Shown: piece after piece, positions 25,296 to 36,699 of the stretch
Layout of the letters: each line of letters opens with the position of its first letter
How positions within the stretch are numbered: the stretch's first letter is position 1
Assembly (NCBI GenBank): GCA_903813345.2
Contig: CAIIXF020000001.1
Coordinates: 124,001 to 188,000, forward strand
From: Owenia fusiformis
Lineage: Eukaryota
Direction of reading: 5' to 3'
DNA length: 64,000 nucleotides
Program-made: the position numbers and the translations under genes
The notes under the pieces: generated by a model
The model's input: the letters and a program-made list of their open reading frames with translations, nothing else
What the model was told of the DNA's origin: nothing
The model's database searches: none

Positions 25296-25789
25296 GAGAA
25301 TTCAAACTTCACCCATTGGTAAGGACATGTTTGTTTCCTTGTATATCACATATTAAGGTCATCTAAGGTTAATTTTGTTTTTAACATCCAGATGGTCAAA
25401 TATTAGGAGGGTGAATCAGAACAGAGTGACTGAGTGTATAGATTAAAATAAGTTGATTGTCTAGGTTTATTTGGTAGCAAAAAGCTCTTCAAAGCTCTTC
25501 AATGAGAAGGAGTGTAAAGAATAGACTACTTTTGGTGCAAAATATTGAAAGAAAAATGTTGTTCTGTTGTGATTTAAGGACCACAAGCTGTGAAAGGATA
25601 AGATTTTCTTGTTCCGGAACTGAACCAAAATTTTTGTTCTGTGTTCCGTTCCGAGAGCGTAATTGCGAGGTTTGGAACACAATAGGGTATCCGTGACACC
25701 TCTAGTAATGAGAGCACGCACGGGTCAAGCCAAATCCAAGCTCTTTGGTGCTCAATCGCTGTAGTCAATTGCACAAGTTTGTGACCTTC

Positions 25790-26400
25790 AACAAATAGAA
25801 AATGCACTTCTTGGCTCAGGTTCAGCCTTCTGAGGATCAACATCAAACATGTGATGAAGAGAAGTTGACTGAAAGTTGTGTCATAATGGTGTTACTGGGC
25901 CCTACTGGTTTATGAATGCTAATGAATTATCATTTCCTGTGAAAATGGACTGATACATTGAAGTCATGAGAAGACAATTCATCCTGGCATTGGCGCGGAA
26001 GCGAGGGGTTGACATGGATACTGTTATCCATTGGAAAGATGAAGCAACATTGCACTGCTCCAATGCTTCACTTGAATACCTCAATGAATGAAGCAACATT
26101 GCACTGCTCCAATGCTTCACTTGAATACCTCAATGAATGAAGCAACGTTGCACTGCTCCAATGCTTCACTTGAATACCTCAATGAATGAAGCAACATTGC
26201 ACTGCTCCAATCCTTCACTTGAATACCTCAATGAATGAAGCAACATTGCACTGCTCCAATGCTTCACTTGAATACCTCAATGAATGAAGCAATATTGCAC
26301 TGCTCCAATGCTTCACTTGAATACATCCATCATCACTTCCCTGAAGACAAACTCATCTCCCATTGTATGGATCACACCTGATCTGCACAAGACGAAGACA
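25790..26400 (+). pseudogene. Fossil Tc1/mariner-superfamily transposase fragment interrupted by a minisatellite
   Basis: Manual translation HNGVTGPYWF...*YIEVMRRQFILALARKRGVDMDTVIHWKDEATLHCSNASLEYL, resuming after the repeat as EYIHHHFPEDKLISHCMDHT*SAQ. Resembles the GIIGPYxF...QQDGAxxH...FPxRLIS...WPxxSPDL catalytic region. Confidence 0.7.
26039..26323. repeat. 49-bp minisatellite, about 6 copies
   Basis: gaagcaacattgcactgctccaatgcttcacttgaatacctcaatgaat starts at 26041, 26090, etc. Confidence 0.97.
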
Positions 26401-26674
26401 TATCCCCAATAAAGGCTTTTGTTGGGGATACTATGCAAACAATCCCCAAACTATGGATGAGCTAAAGAATATTAAAACAGAGATCAGGTCCTTATAACAA
26501 CATAACAACATAGACAGGGAGATTTCGATGTGTGCAAGGAGCTTGGATTGAGCACATAATAATTGATCAGGGTTAGGGTTAGACATGCTCACATTATGGT
26601 GGTATATGATAATAAAATTTACACCACACAAAACTTACATGTCTGTAGGACATATATAAAAATAAATCGCTAAC

Positions 26675-26790
26675 CTGATATAAGTCCTGATTGCCACTAG
26701 GATCAACTCTGAAGCTGCCAACCTGTATAGTTTTCTTTGGGTCAACTTTGCTGATGGCATAGTTCATCTCATCAATTACAGCTCGACATG
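26675..26790 (-). CDS. CNPY2: Canopy-2-like protein, coding exon 2 (ACRAVIDEMNYAISKVDPKKTIQVGSFRVDPSGNQDLYQ)
   Basis: Manual translation (not in the ORF track). ccAG acceptor, CAG|GTTAG donor, 116 nt, phase 1 to 0. Contains the diagnostic VDPKKTIQxGSFR motif. Confidence 0.95.
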
Positions 26791-28937
26791 CTGGAACATT
26801 TAAGTTGCATCATTTAAGGCAAATTGTACCGATAAAGTGGTTGAAAAATATTTTCTGGGTTTAGAGATAACTGCATGGCTTAAAACCTTCTCTGATAATT
26901 CTATTTTCAAAATATGCATGAAGGCCTATTTTAAATTGGCTGTTATGTCCTGAAAAGCCATTGAGGATTGACTTTTCGAGTCGAGAAAATACACATACAT
27001 TTAACAATACATAAAATATTACAACTTTACAATAGCAGAAGAAATAGTAATAAAGTAAGAAAAACAAAAAGAATACAATACATATGCCATCTTATGAAAG
27101 GGGTGGGGGTCAAAACGTTTCTTATGGAAAATCAATTGAAGATTATTTAGATATATTTAAATACACAAATCTACAGCAGAATTTGAATTAAATTTTATGA
27201 AAACTCTTTTTGTCCAAATTACATGAGTTAGTTACTAAGTTATTGAGTTAGTTACTCAGTTACATAGGGGTGGGGTCAAAATATTGATGTTCATATTGAG
27301 ACGAAAGTATTTTGGCAAGGGGGGAGGGTTTTTTTGGGCAATTCGTTGACAAAAAAACATTGATTGGACGGACTGACGGATGGACAGGGGACTTCACTAT
27401 ATCCCTTCGTTTTTTAAGTGACCTAGACTTTCACCTAGAGGGGGGTGGGGGGTTATCTAAAAGAAAGTATGTTCGTCTCCATATGAAGGTCAGACATTGC
27501 TTCATAGTTTCAAATGCGTTTAAAATATACTAGTAATAGTGCTAGTTTTACTGATTTTGAAGAAATACTGCATAGACTTTTTTGGCATCGATAAATACCC
27601 AAAAAACAACTCTAACTTGACCGCTGGAAGGCACGAAGGGTCGGTCCGTATTAATTGATAAAACAGAGCAACTTATGGAAGCCAAAGCTGCAGAGAACAG
27701 ATATTCCAAAGATTCCATGCACAAGAATCTTAAAAAAGTCTTGAGAAAGACACTACTCTTTTCCATGCCCTTTTAACATCATATCCAGCTAGACTGACAG
27801 CCATTTTAGGCTGCCTAAGATGGTCATACTCACTTTTAAAAGTTACTTCAAAATATGTTTTATTTTCTATCATGCATCTTCATATTTTCACAATTTAACA
27901 ACAATTAAATGCTCTTTCCAATGGTATATAGTTTGTGTGTGTAACTCTCCTAGTTCATGCTGTGGATGGGGGGGGGGCACACCATTTGACAACCTATACA
28001 TGAAAATTCCTTAAACTTTTTGACCTTTTGAAAAAAATTGGAAAAATTGAAGCGAGTTAAAATTTGGTTTTAAATTTTAATCCAAATATTCTGTTTGAAA
28101 AATCAACTTTTTTGCCCTTTTAAAGGTCACTGAAGGTCAATTAAAGGTCAGATTTGAACTCCTGAGAACTTGTCCTTTTTGTCAAATGTTATCAGGTAAA
28201 CACCAAAAACTGTAATTCCAAGAGCTTTGAAATCTTCAGACAACATATCTTGCACATATAGCAACTACTAATATTTACTTGAAAGTTCTACTTCAAAAAA
28301 GTGTCTGATATTTGGGGAAAATTTGATTTTTCACGTCAAAATCGGCAATTTCTCGGAAACTGGGCGAACCAAACATGTTTTATATTTGTATTGTTATATA
28401 GTCAATTTTAACAGGGCCAATAATGCCTTGGCGTAGGCCCTGTACTACTGTATTGTACGACTTATTATTATGAAATAAAGAAAACATGAAAAAAAACTGG
28501 GCTAACTTGGGATGTGTCAATGACTAGTCAAATAGGCACTATGGATATACATAAAGTGAGTGTAGATATTACTTAATAGGAATAGCAGTGTTAGCAGTGT
28601 ATTTGCAATTCAGGTAAAGGGTCATGATTTACATTCATTGTAGCCTAAAGGGTTTACTTCAAGGGTTAAGATAAGCTTCCTGTATAAAAGCATTATGGTG
28701 GCTCCAGGTGAGTCAACTGGATCAGTCCATTTTTAAGAAATAATGGGAATTTTTGTCTGTTTACAATGATTCTGTAAACAGTAGAGAGGTTAAGCTACAC
28801 GTTCAAATGCAAACCGTGAACCTGAACGCGTTCATGCTCAAGTACACATTTAAGAAAATTTACTGTTAAGCTACACGTCTGAAACCATGTCAGTGGATGT
28901 GGAGGTATATTATGTGGTGACTGTCATTAAGGATCAT

Positions 28938-29007
28938 GGCTCTATGGTGTAATGATTAGCACTTAGGACTCGTGTCTGTTGGGCCTGGGCTCAAATCCAG
29001 TCAGCCA
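28938..29007 (+). pseudogene. tRNA-like (Gln-like) pseudogene
   Basis: ggctctatggtgtaatgattagcact...gggctcaaatcc...agcca with A-box and B-box-like motifs, a degraded anticodon arm, and a T6 run just downstream. Confidence 0.5.
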
Positions 29008-29544
29008 AATACATTTTTTATTTATTTTTGCTTTATTTCATATTCAACCACAATGCAATTACTTTAGTATCACTTTTTATGTCACCACCAAAAAGTGGTG
29101 ACGTCATGGTCTCCATTTTTTTGACGGCAGTCGGCGGTTGGTGTTTTGTGATCGGCGTCTGTAAATAATTCTTACAACTTCCAATAACTTAACAAATACT
29201 GTTTAGACTGACTTCAATTTTTTTCAAAATCACCTACAAGTTTTCTGAAGTTCAAATCTGACTTTATATTTAAGATTTGACCTTCAATGGAAATCTGACC
29301 TTAGATTTGAGATTTGAACTTCAATGACCTTCTAAAGGTCAAAAAGGTCAAAATACGTATTTTTTTTCAACTTGCATCAAATTGACCATTGTTTTCAAAA
29401 TCATCTACAAGTTCTCAAAATTTCAAATCTGGCTATAGTTTTGACCTTTAATGAAATATATATAATATACAATGAAAATGCCTCGTTCGCAAATCAAATG
29501 TAGTGATAAGGCAATAGTAGGCCCTGGTTGTCATTTCATTTTGT

Positions 29545-30085
29545 TTGATTTGATTTGATTTGAAAACTATATTTATTCTGGGTAGCTCTATCAGTACAAA
29601 AACTGGTCTTCCTAGAGGCCCAGTAATAATTTACAATTATTTACAATGTGTACAATAAATATAGAAACATACAAATAGATATATAGGACATATAGAACAA
29701 TTTGATATATATGCATCTTCAAAGTATGCATTTACATGAAACATAGAGAACAACTTATAAGAGAATAACATAAATATAAGGAACAATGTCTTTAAAATGC
29801 ATTTACATGATTTTCATTTTCTGATCTGATACACTTGTTTATATGCTTTCTTAAAAGAGTTTACAGAATCAGACTCATTGACGGTCTTATCAAGCTTGTT
29901 CCAAAGATGTGAACCACTGTATGATATGCTTTTCTTAAATATTTCAAGTTTTGGTTTTGGTACATAAAGTGAATTTTCCACAACTGCTCTAGTGGCATAA
30001 TTATGGACAGACTTTGTCTCTTTGAAACAGTTTTGAATATATGGGGGAGAGTTATTATTTGTTAAGTATATATACTGAACTTAGC
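29545..30085 (-). mobile_element. 3' fragment of an L2/Crack/Daphne-like LINE
   Basis: Minus-strand reading KPKLEIFKKSISYSGSHLWNKL...FKK, 3' UTR with AATAAA and a (CAAAT)n tail. Confidence 0.7.
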
Positions 30086-30606
30086 CTCGGGTATTAAACT
30101 ATATTAAATTATATTTATATTATACGATTACCAAAATGTATTCTTATTTCCTATTAAGGATTGGGGTTTACCAATATAACAAGCAAGGTTATATGTATCA
30201 AATATACGCTACTGGGCCATGCCAGAAAATAGCTAAAATCAATCACGTAACAAATGAGCGACATATAAAAGCTCAAGCTTCAAGCGTTGAAGTTTACGTT
30301 CATGCTTTGTTGAAAACACGTCTGTTAATTGCACCAATATAATATGATGTAAAAACTTGTAAACTTCACGCTAGCCAACAGAAATCTGACGTCAAATCCG
30401 ACAAATCTGACATCATTTATCTGTGACCACATTGAAGTTCACGTTCAAGTTTTGTTAAATACGTGTAGCTTAACCTCTCTATTGAGAAAGTGGATTATCC
30501 ACTGGTGCAAGATCCCAAAATTTCTGAATAAAACGTGAAATTGAATTGTCAAAATAAAGATCTCCCTTTTATAAATATGTGATGTTCTATACTTACTATA
30601 ATTGTT

Positions 30607-32163
30607 AGGGTTTACTGAAAAGACCGACCCCACCGACCACCGACCGGTCGGTGTTTTCCACTGGTAGCCTCAAAACAGGGTTTGAAGAAAATGTGTAAAA
30701 GACCGACCATATCATGTAAAAGACCGAACTTATTTGTAGCCTTGAAATATTAATAATTTGATTTTGAATGTCAATCGTTGGACTAGGAAACGTTTTTTAC
30801 CGATTTTGTACCTTGCAACGAATGGCAAGCAAACAAATTGGGCATGACTGTCTCCTCTCGATTAACTGTCCTGCCTTAGGTCCTAACCTATCATTAACCA
30901 ACCTATCGTTTCTATGGGAATCTATCCTAATTTTTTACTGAAATTTAACAATTTCGAAACAAAAATGATTTGTTATCGTCATAGCCTACTGAATACTGAA
31001 CACGATATAATGTTACATGCGTTCTCTTATCGGGATTAAAAGTGACTTACCATTTCAGAACACCATTAGAAAGCTTTTTTTGTCATATCAAATGTAGTTT
31101 TTACCAGTTGACGTTTAACAACTGAGAAATCAAACATAACGTTACGACATCAACATCGACGATGTTTGTGTGTTTTTGTTATTGCGTTTCATATGAATGA
31201 ACTTAATGCAATGTAACGTGCAGTTTTTCCAAAGTGAAACATCAACATCGACGATGTTTGTGTGTTTTTGTTATTGCGTTTCATATGAATGAACTTAATG
31301 CAATGTTACGTGCGTTTTTTCCAAAGTGACTAACCAGGATGAAATTGGTCTTCTAACAACTGAAACATCACTTAAAAATATGACATTACACACCACGACG
31401 ATGTAACGTTTTCATCGTGATTTGAAATGATTAATTATACGTTTTTAAATCACGACCTAGTAAAGGTACTATAGTCCACTGGTGATCCACTCGATTACGC
31501 TGGTTACAAAAACGGTTCGTTTTGGTAACAAAATGTCGGAACATCCGGAAGGTACGATTTTTCTCGTTTCCTTATTTTACACGTTGCAGGCAGAATTCCC
31601 ACGACATTTTTTAACACAAACGTGTATCAGTATCATATGTTTAAGAAAGTGTACATATTTGCGAGCAAATAGTTCAGAAGACAACAGAATCGTCGATTTA
31701 CTTCCTCACTTAAGTTACATAAACGGTTTGGGTTAAAAGTGCAGATCTTAACTATTTTTCGAAAACCGTTTATGTAACTTAAGTGAGGAAGTAAATCAAC
31801 GATTCTGTTGTCCTCTGAGCTATTTTTTCGCAAACATGTACATTTTCTAAAACATATGATACTGATGCACGTTGTGAGAAAAAACATCGTGGGGATTCTG
31901 CCTACAACGCGTGAAATAAGGAAAAAAGAAAAATCGTGCCTTCGACGCTCCGACATTTTGTTACCAAAACGGTTCGTTTTGGTAACCAGCGTAATCGAGT
32001 GGATCACCAGTGATAGTCATTGGATTCCCAGTTTTAGTTTTACTTCTAATTTTGCATTTTTTCAGCTTTATGTAAAAGACCGTCAGCCGACCACCGACCA
32101 CATGTACCCAACTGTGGAGAGTGACTGGTCGGTGGTCGGCGGTCGGTCTTTTCCGTAAACCCT
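30607..32163. mobile_element. Non-autonomous TIR element with ccgac/gtcgg subterminal repeats
   Basis: agggtttactgaaaagaccgacc ... ggtcggtcttttccgtaaaccct. ATTGTT occurs on both flanks (30601 and 32165). Confidence 0.75.
31477..32012. mobile_element. 536-bp foldback MITE, almost entirely palindromic
   Basis: Arms of about 250 bp start cactggtgatccactcgattacgctggttac and end with its reverse complement. Spacer about 33 bp. ATAGTC is duplicated at 31471-31476 and 32013-32018. Confidence 0.92.
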
Positions 32164-32288
32164 TATTGTTATATATACAGGCAGAGGTATTTACACCACG
32201 ATTTACGTTCATAGTCGCTTATAGGGTTTACTTTACAAGATGAGTGTAGCTCTTACATTACAATGTTAGGCTGAGATAATGTATTTAC

Positions 32289-32394
32289 CTGAACAATATA
32301 ATGATTTGTCACGTGCAGCCTCCCCTAATTCGACACAGAGCAGTAAAAATGCCAGCAGCAAATACAGAGGGTGTACTAGCCAATTGATCTCCAT
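32289..32394 (-). CDS. CNPY2: Canopy-2-like protein, coding exon 1 with signal peptide (MEINWLVHPLYLLLAFLLLCVELGEAARDKSLYCS)
   Basis: ATG at 32394, hydrophobic signal peptide, CAG|GTAAAT phase-1 donor that joins exon 2 to give LYCSACRAV. An acceptor (ttttcAG) at 32403-32402 implies an upstream non-coding exon. Confidence 0.9.
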
Positions 32395-34332
32395 TCTTTA
32401 CCTGAAAAGCAGAGAAGTCACATTATATTTTTGGTAAACATTTGACCATTTAATTATTGCATCAAATCTAGAATCTCTGTAATCTGATGTGATTCAAAAT
32501 ACAATATCGTATTTCAGCTCCCTCAAATATTTCATGGCAACAATAAATATTCATCTTTTAATGATTTGAAGAGGAGACACCATTGGTCCAAAACTCACAC
32601 TTCTGAAACCAATCATCCTAATCCAGTCTATATGAAGAGACTGCGCCAATTTTGATTTGGTAGTGATAAAGATCACAGTGAGCACTATCAATCTTCATTA
32701 TTCAGTAAGTGTTATAAGACTGAAAGCGCAGTTACTCTTTTGACTTCCGGTTTGGACTCCAGTTTTTGTTTGGTCATAATCACTGAGTTGGAGTCTCAAT
32801 ACTCTAAGCATTATTCTGATACTTGAAACATGGTCAGAATTCCTTGCAAATCGTAGATATTGAGCTTGAAGCACAAATTTCTAACTTTTTTGGGCCAAAA
32901 CTCTGCTCATGGACATGGCCTCATATCTATTTAGAGATCGCCAAGAAATGTTAAAACTCTTTTTTTCTGACAAGATACAAAAATAAAAAAGTTGAATAAA
33001 CATACACAGGCAAATTACATCGGGCCCCATGCAAGCTCGTACATGTCTCGAGAATTACGAGTCATTCCGGGCAAAAAGGAGCACATTCCTCTTACGGGCT
33101 TGTATGGAGCTCGTTTTCGAGACCCATATGAGCTCGTATGATGCTCAGAATTGTTCTTTTCGAGGCCTGTACGAGCATGTACGAGGCTCGTAATTTCGAG
33201 GCCCATACAACGTCTGTTATTGGACTCTTTAACAGCACAAAAAATTTATTTATAGTATGTCATGCTACATCATTCGCGTATCTATCTATACATGTTTTGT
33301 CATTTGAAACATTTGTCATACATTCGATGACAATTATATTTATCTACATCACATTTCAACTAATACCAGCATAGCACGCAAATGTTTTTATATGCAATTA
33401 CTTCACTAGTGGAGAAATATGGTGTTTCCCATTGCCAACCCTGTTTATTTTGTTTCCTAGCTTTTAAACTGTTTACCATGATGTTGATACAGACATGCAA
33501 ATATTTTAAAATTATCAAAGACATATTAATCCATAATTAGATATAATTGAAATGTAATTTCTCAAGTATGCTGTATTTTATTTCATCGATCAAAAAGTGT
33601 TCATCAAAATAAACGAGCAATTACGAGCCCCAAACACTGGCAAGTACAGTGCTTGAAAATTTCAAGCCATTACAGCATCGCACAGGCAAGTACAAGGCTC
33701 GAAAATTCTGAGCTATTACAGGCCTCGTAACAGGCAATACATGGTTGTTCAGATAGATTTACAGTACTTGCATATTCCTTCATAGTTCATTCAGTGTATG
33801 TTATTGTTCAAGCACAATTACTGTGTGAGGAAAGGAAGTAAATCATAATCAAGGATTAAGGCCAAGAGTAATAACAATTTGTTTACTAGACATATAATAC
33901 TTTAGCATAGAGGTGATACTGTTTAGTGATAATTTTGCTTTCGACTTATGTTAAAAATTCCCTTAAACTTGAATATGCATCAGTTTTAGTGGTTCACCGT
34001 TCACATTACCTTATTGTATCTGATAGTTGTACAAATTAAAATATGTCCAGTAAAAGAAAATATCATCTGCCCAACACAAGAAAAGATATTTCACTTTTTG
34101 TGGTTTTACAACATGGGGTCTATGGGGAATCTCCCCGACCTAAAAGTCACATTTTCAAAGAAAATTAAATTTTCAAAGTTGATAAATTCTTTTCAAAACC
34201 ACATTTCTAAATGTAATTTTACATGTAGATTCCAAATATGACATCAGTTTGAATGAATTGTGAATTTTTAATAACGTAAATTAAGATTATTTCTACTCGC
34301 ATCTGGGATATTGAACTAAGAGTGGCATAATA

Positions 34333-34482
34333 AGATTATATAATGGTTCATTCTGTATATCGTGCATTTTATACTCTCGTGAGAATATAATACATTCACT
34401 CGTTCGCTACGCTCACTTGTGAATTTATCATATACTCACTCGAGTATAAGCACGATATACAGAAAGAACCATTATATAACCT
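34333..34482. mobile_element. 150-bp palindromic MITE; a second copy begins at 63959
   Basis: agattatataatggttcattctgtatatcgtgc ... gcacgatatacagaaagaaccattatataacct. Confidence 0.75.
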
Positions 34483-34639
34483 CATATTATCACATATCAT
34501 ATATAATTCATATATCAGATAAAGGTACAAAGTTGTACATCTACTGTCCATATAGCATATAGTATAAATGGAAATCACTAATCTGAGGTTATTAAACTCA
34601 GTTGTCATATTCATAAAATACTAGTAATTATCTGTTAAA

Positions 34640-35750
34640 ATGGACGAGGGAGGAGAAAAAGATGATCAGTTTGAGATGTCAATGCAAGACAATAACCAAG
34701 ATCATATACCATTCGAAAGGAAACCAGATGTGCGAGAAAGACAACCTGACGTGAGAGAAAGACAACCTGATGTTAGAGAAAGACAGCCAGATGCCAGAGG
34801 GATGCAGAAACATGGAAACATAATATATATCCAAGATAAAACAAATGTACCAAAATTTGGTGGAAAACCAAAGCAAACCTGAGAGCTTGAAAGGATCTGT
34901 TACCCCATGTACCTAAAGGTGCCCCCAAAGGTTTCATTGAATATAACATGGAAATAGTTACTTTTATAAATTATGAACACATCCAAAACAAAATTAGGTC
35001 ATAGGGATTAAAACTAAGGTCATTCAGTGCATTTAAGTTTGACTATGCAAATCATCCTAAATATCATGTTAAGGGTATGTTAGTTTTCACTTCACTTGAC
35101 TATTTTAAGTATGTTGACCATTCAATCAATGGATATATCAAAATATCATTAAGGTAGGACACAAAGGGCAACATATTGAAAACACAAATCATAAAACAAC
35201 CCCTAAAATGTAATATATCTATGAATCTTAATCTTGAATCTCAGCAAAAGTATCACTTCAGTTGGTATGCAGTAGGTTTAACCTAGGATATTCAATTTAG
35301 AGGACATATTACACATCATTATCAAAGGTGGGACACAAAGCTTAATAGTGTGGTATGGTGATGACACCTCTACAGTACAGTCTAAGCAATTTAAAGTGGA
35401 AGTTGCTACAGTGAAACCTCAAGAACAAGATCAAATGTCAGAGTTGTTGAAGTCTCAAAAGGAGATGCTGTCATTATTACAATCCCAACAAAAAAACTGA
35501 AGAGCCATGTAGATTAAATGAAGAGTCAACAGGATCAAATACAAAAATGGAAGAAAAGTTGAGACAAGTGGAGGTGATAAAAGGTAGAAAATGCTGTAAT
35601 TGTGGGAAATTTGGATACATCTCAAGATATTGTTACAGCAAGAAGAGGCATGATAAAGCTAAGTGAGAAAAGCCAAGTAAATGCAACAAACTCAGTAACC
35701 TGTGATCCTGAAAATTTAATAGGTAGCTGCCCCCAAGTTATGCCCCAACT
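34640..35750 (+). pseudogene. Probable degraded LTR-retrotransposon gag remnant
   Basis: N-terminal ORF ending NVPKFGGKP with a 21-bp RQPDVRE repeat. Coiled-coil-like segment near 35420-35570, a degenerate knuckle CCNCGKFGYISRYC near 35592, then NLIGSCPQV. Confidence 0.5.
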
Positions 35751-35810
35751 TGAAAAAATACATACCAGTATAGTATAGTATAGTATTTATTTCATATATT
35801 TAAGGCCTTA

Positions 35811-36288
35811 GGGGCGGGGTCAAAATATCAATGTTCATATGGAGACAAAAGTAATTTCGTTTGGACAACAACCCCCCCACCCCCCCTCTAGACGAAAGCT
35901 TAGGTCACTTCATAAAACATTGATTAATAATCGTATCCTATTTGCCGGGTTATTATTACGGTGAATTAACTCACGTTCGCAATTTAACTGCATTGAACTC
36001 TTCAAAAGGAGGAGGGAAAAGTACGGAATTTATTTGAAAAATGATCGAATTATCGTCTTTATCTACCAATATTTTGGACCTATCACACAAAAAAGCTCAC
36101 GAACTATTGAAAACAAGCCTTTTTATCAGAACATAGCGCCAGAAAAAGTGGGTAAGTCCAATTATTTTTTGTATATCAGATCCGAATTATCGATGTTTTT
36201 TGGTCAACGAAAGTGCCCAAAAACCCCCTCCCCCCCTCGCGAAAGTACTTTCGTCTCCATATGAACATCGATATTTTGACCCCGCCCC
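35811..36288. mobile_element. Harbinger/Tourist-like MITE with TTA target duplication
   Basis: TTA|ggggcggggtcaaaatatc...gatattttgaccccgcccc|TTA. Related partial copies at about 27100 and 27266-27490. Confidence 0.88.
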
Positions 36289-36699
36289 TTAGGGCCATAT
36301 ACATTTTACTTAGTATACAATATACACATTGCTCTATGGTTGCGACAGGATGAGCAAAGCAAAAAACATAGAATTGGTAAAACTATTCCCATCTCACCTC
36401 GAAACCATTAGTAATCAAAGATAGAATAATATATGTCCTATTGAACAGCCCCTTTTTAGTCACACACATACACAGGAAGTGTTTTATATTGTATCTTTGA
36501 TCTATTTGTATTATTTATATCATATCATACATGGCTAGTAATGCCAGTATGGCACAGCCATTGAAATAAATTTATAAAAAAAAACAACAAACCAACAAAT
36601 GATAAATATTTTTAATAAAAAGAAAAATCTGGATAACCTGTGCGCAATTTGCATTACAGATAGATTAAACACAAACAAATGCGATAAATCAATTGAGTC

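Larger units (their letters stand above)
28783..30480. mobile_element. Harbinger-like TIR element with nested insertions
   Basis: TIR agagaggttaagctacacgt...acgtgtagcttaacctctct, with the same terminal 14 bp as the 21536 element. Flanks AGT/ATT are an imperfect match. Confidence 0.7.

Noticed and set aside
31482-32212. Overlapping ORFs on both strands with similar translations
   Set aside because: Artefact of the palindromic MITE.
33005-33740. Clusters of tacgag/ctcgta repeats suggesting a transposon end
   Set aside because: No matching opposite terminus could be identified.
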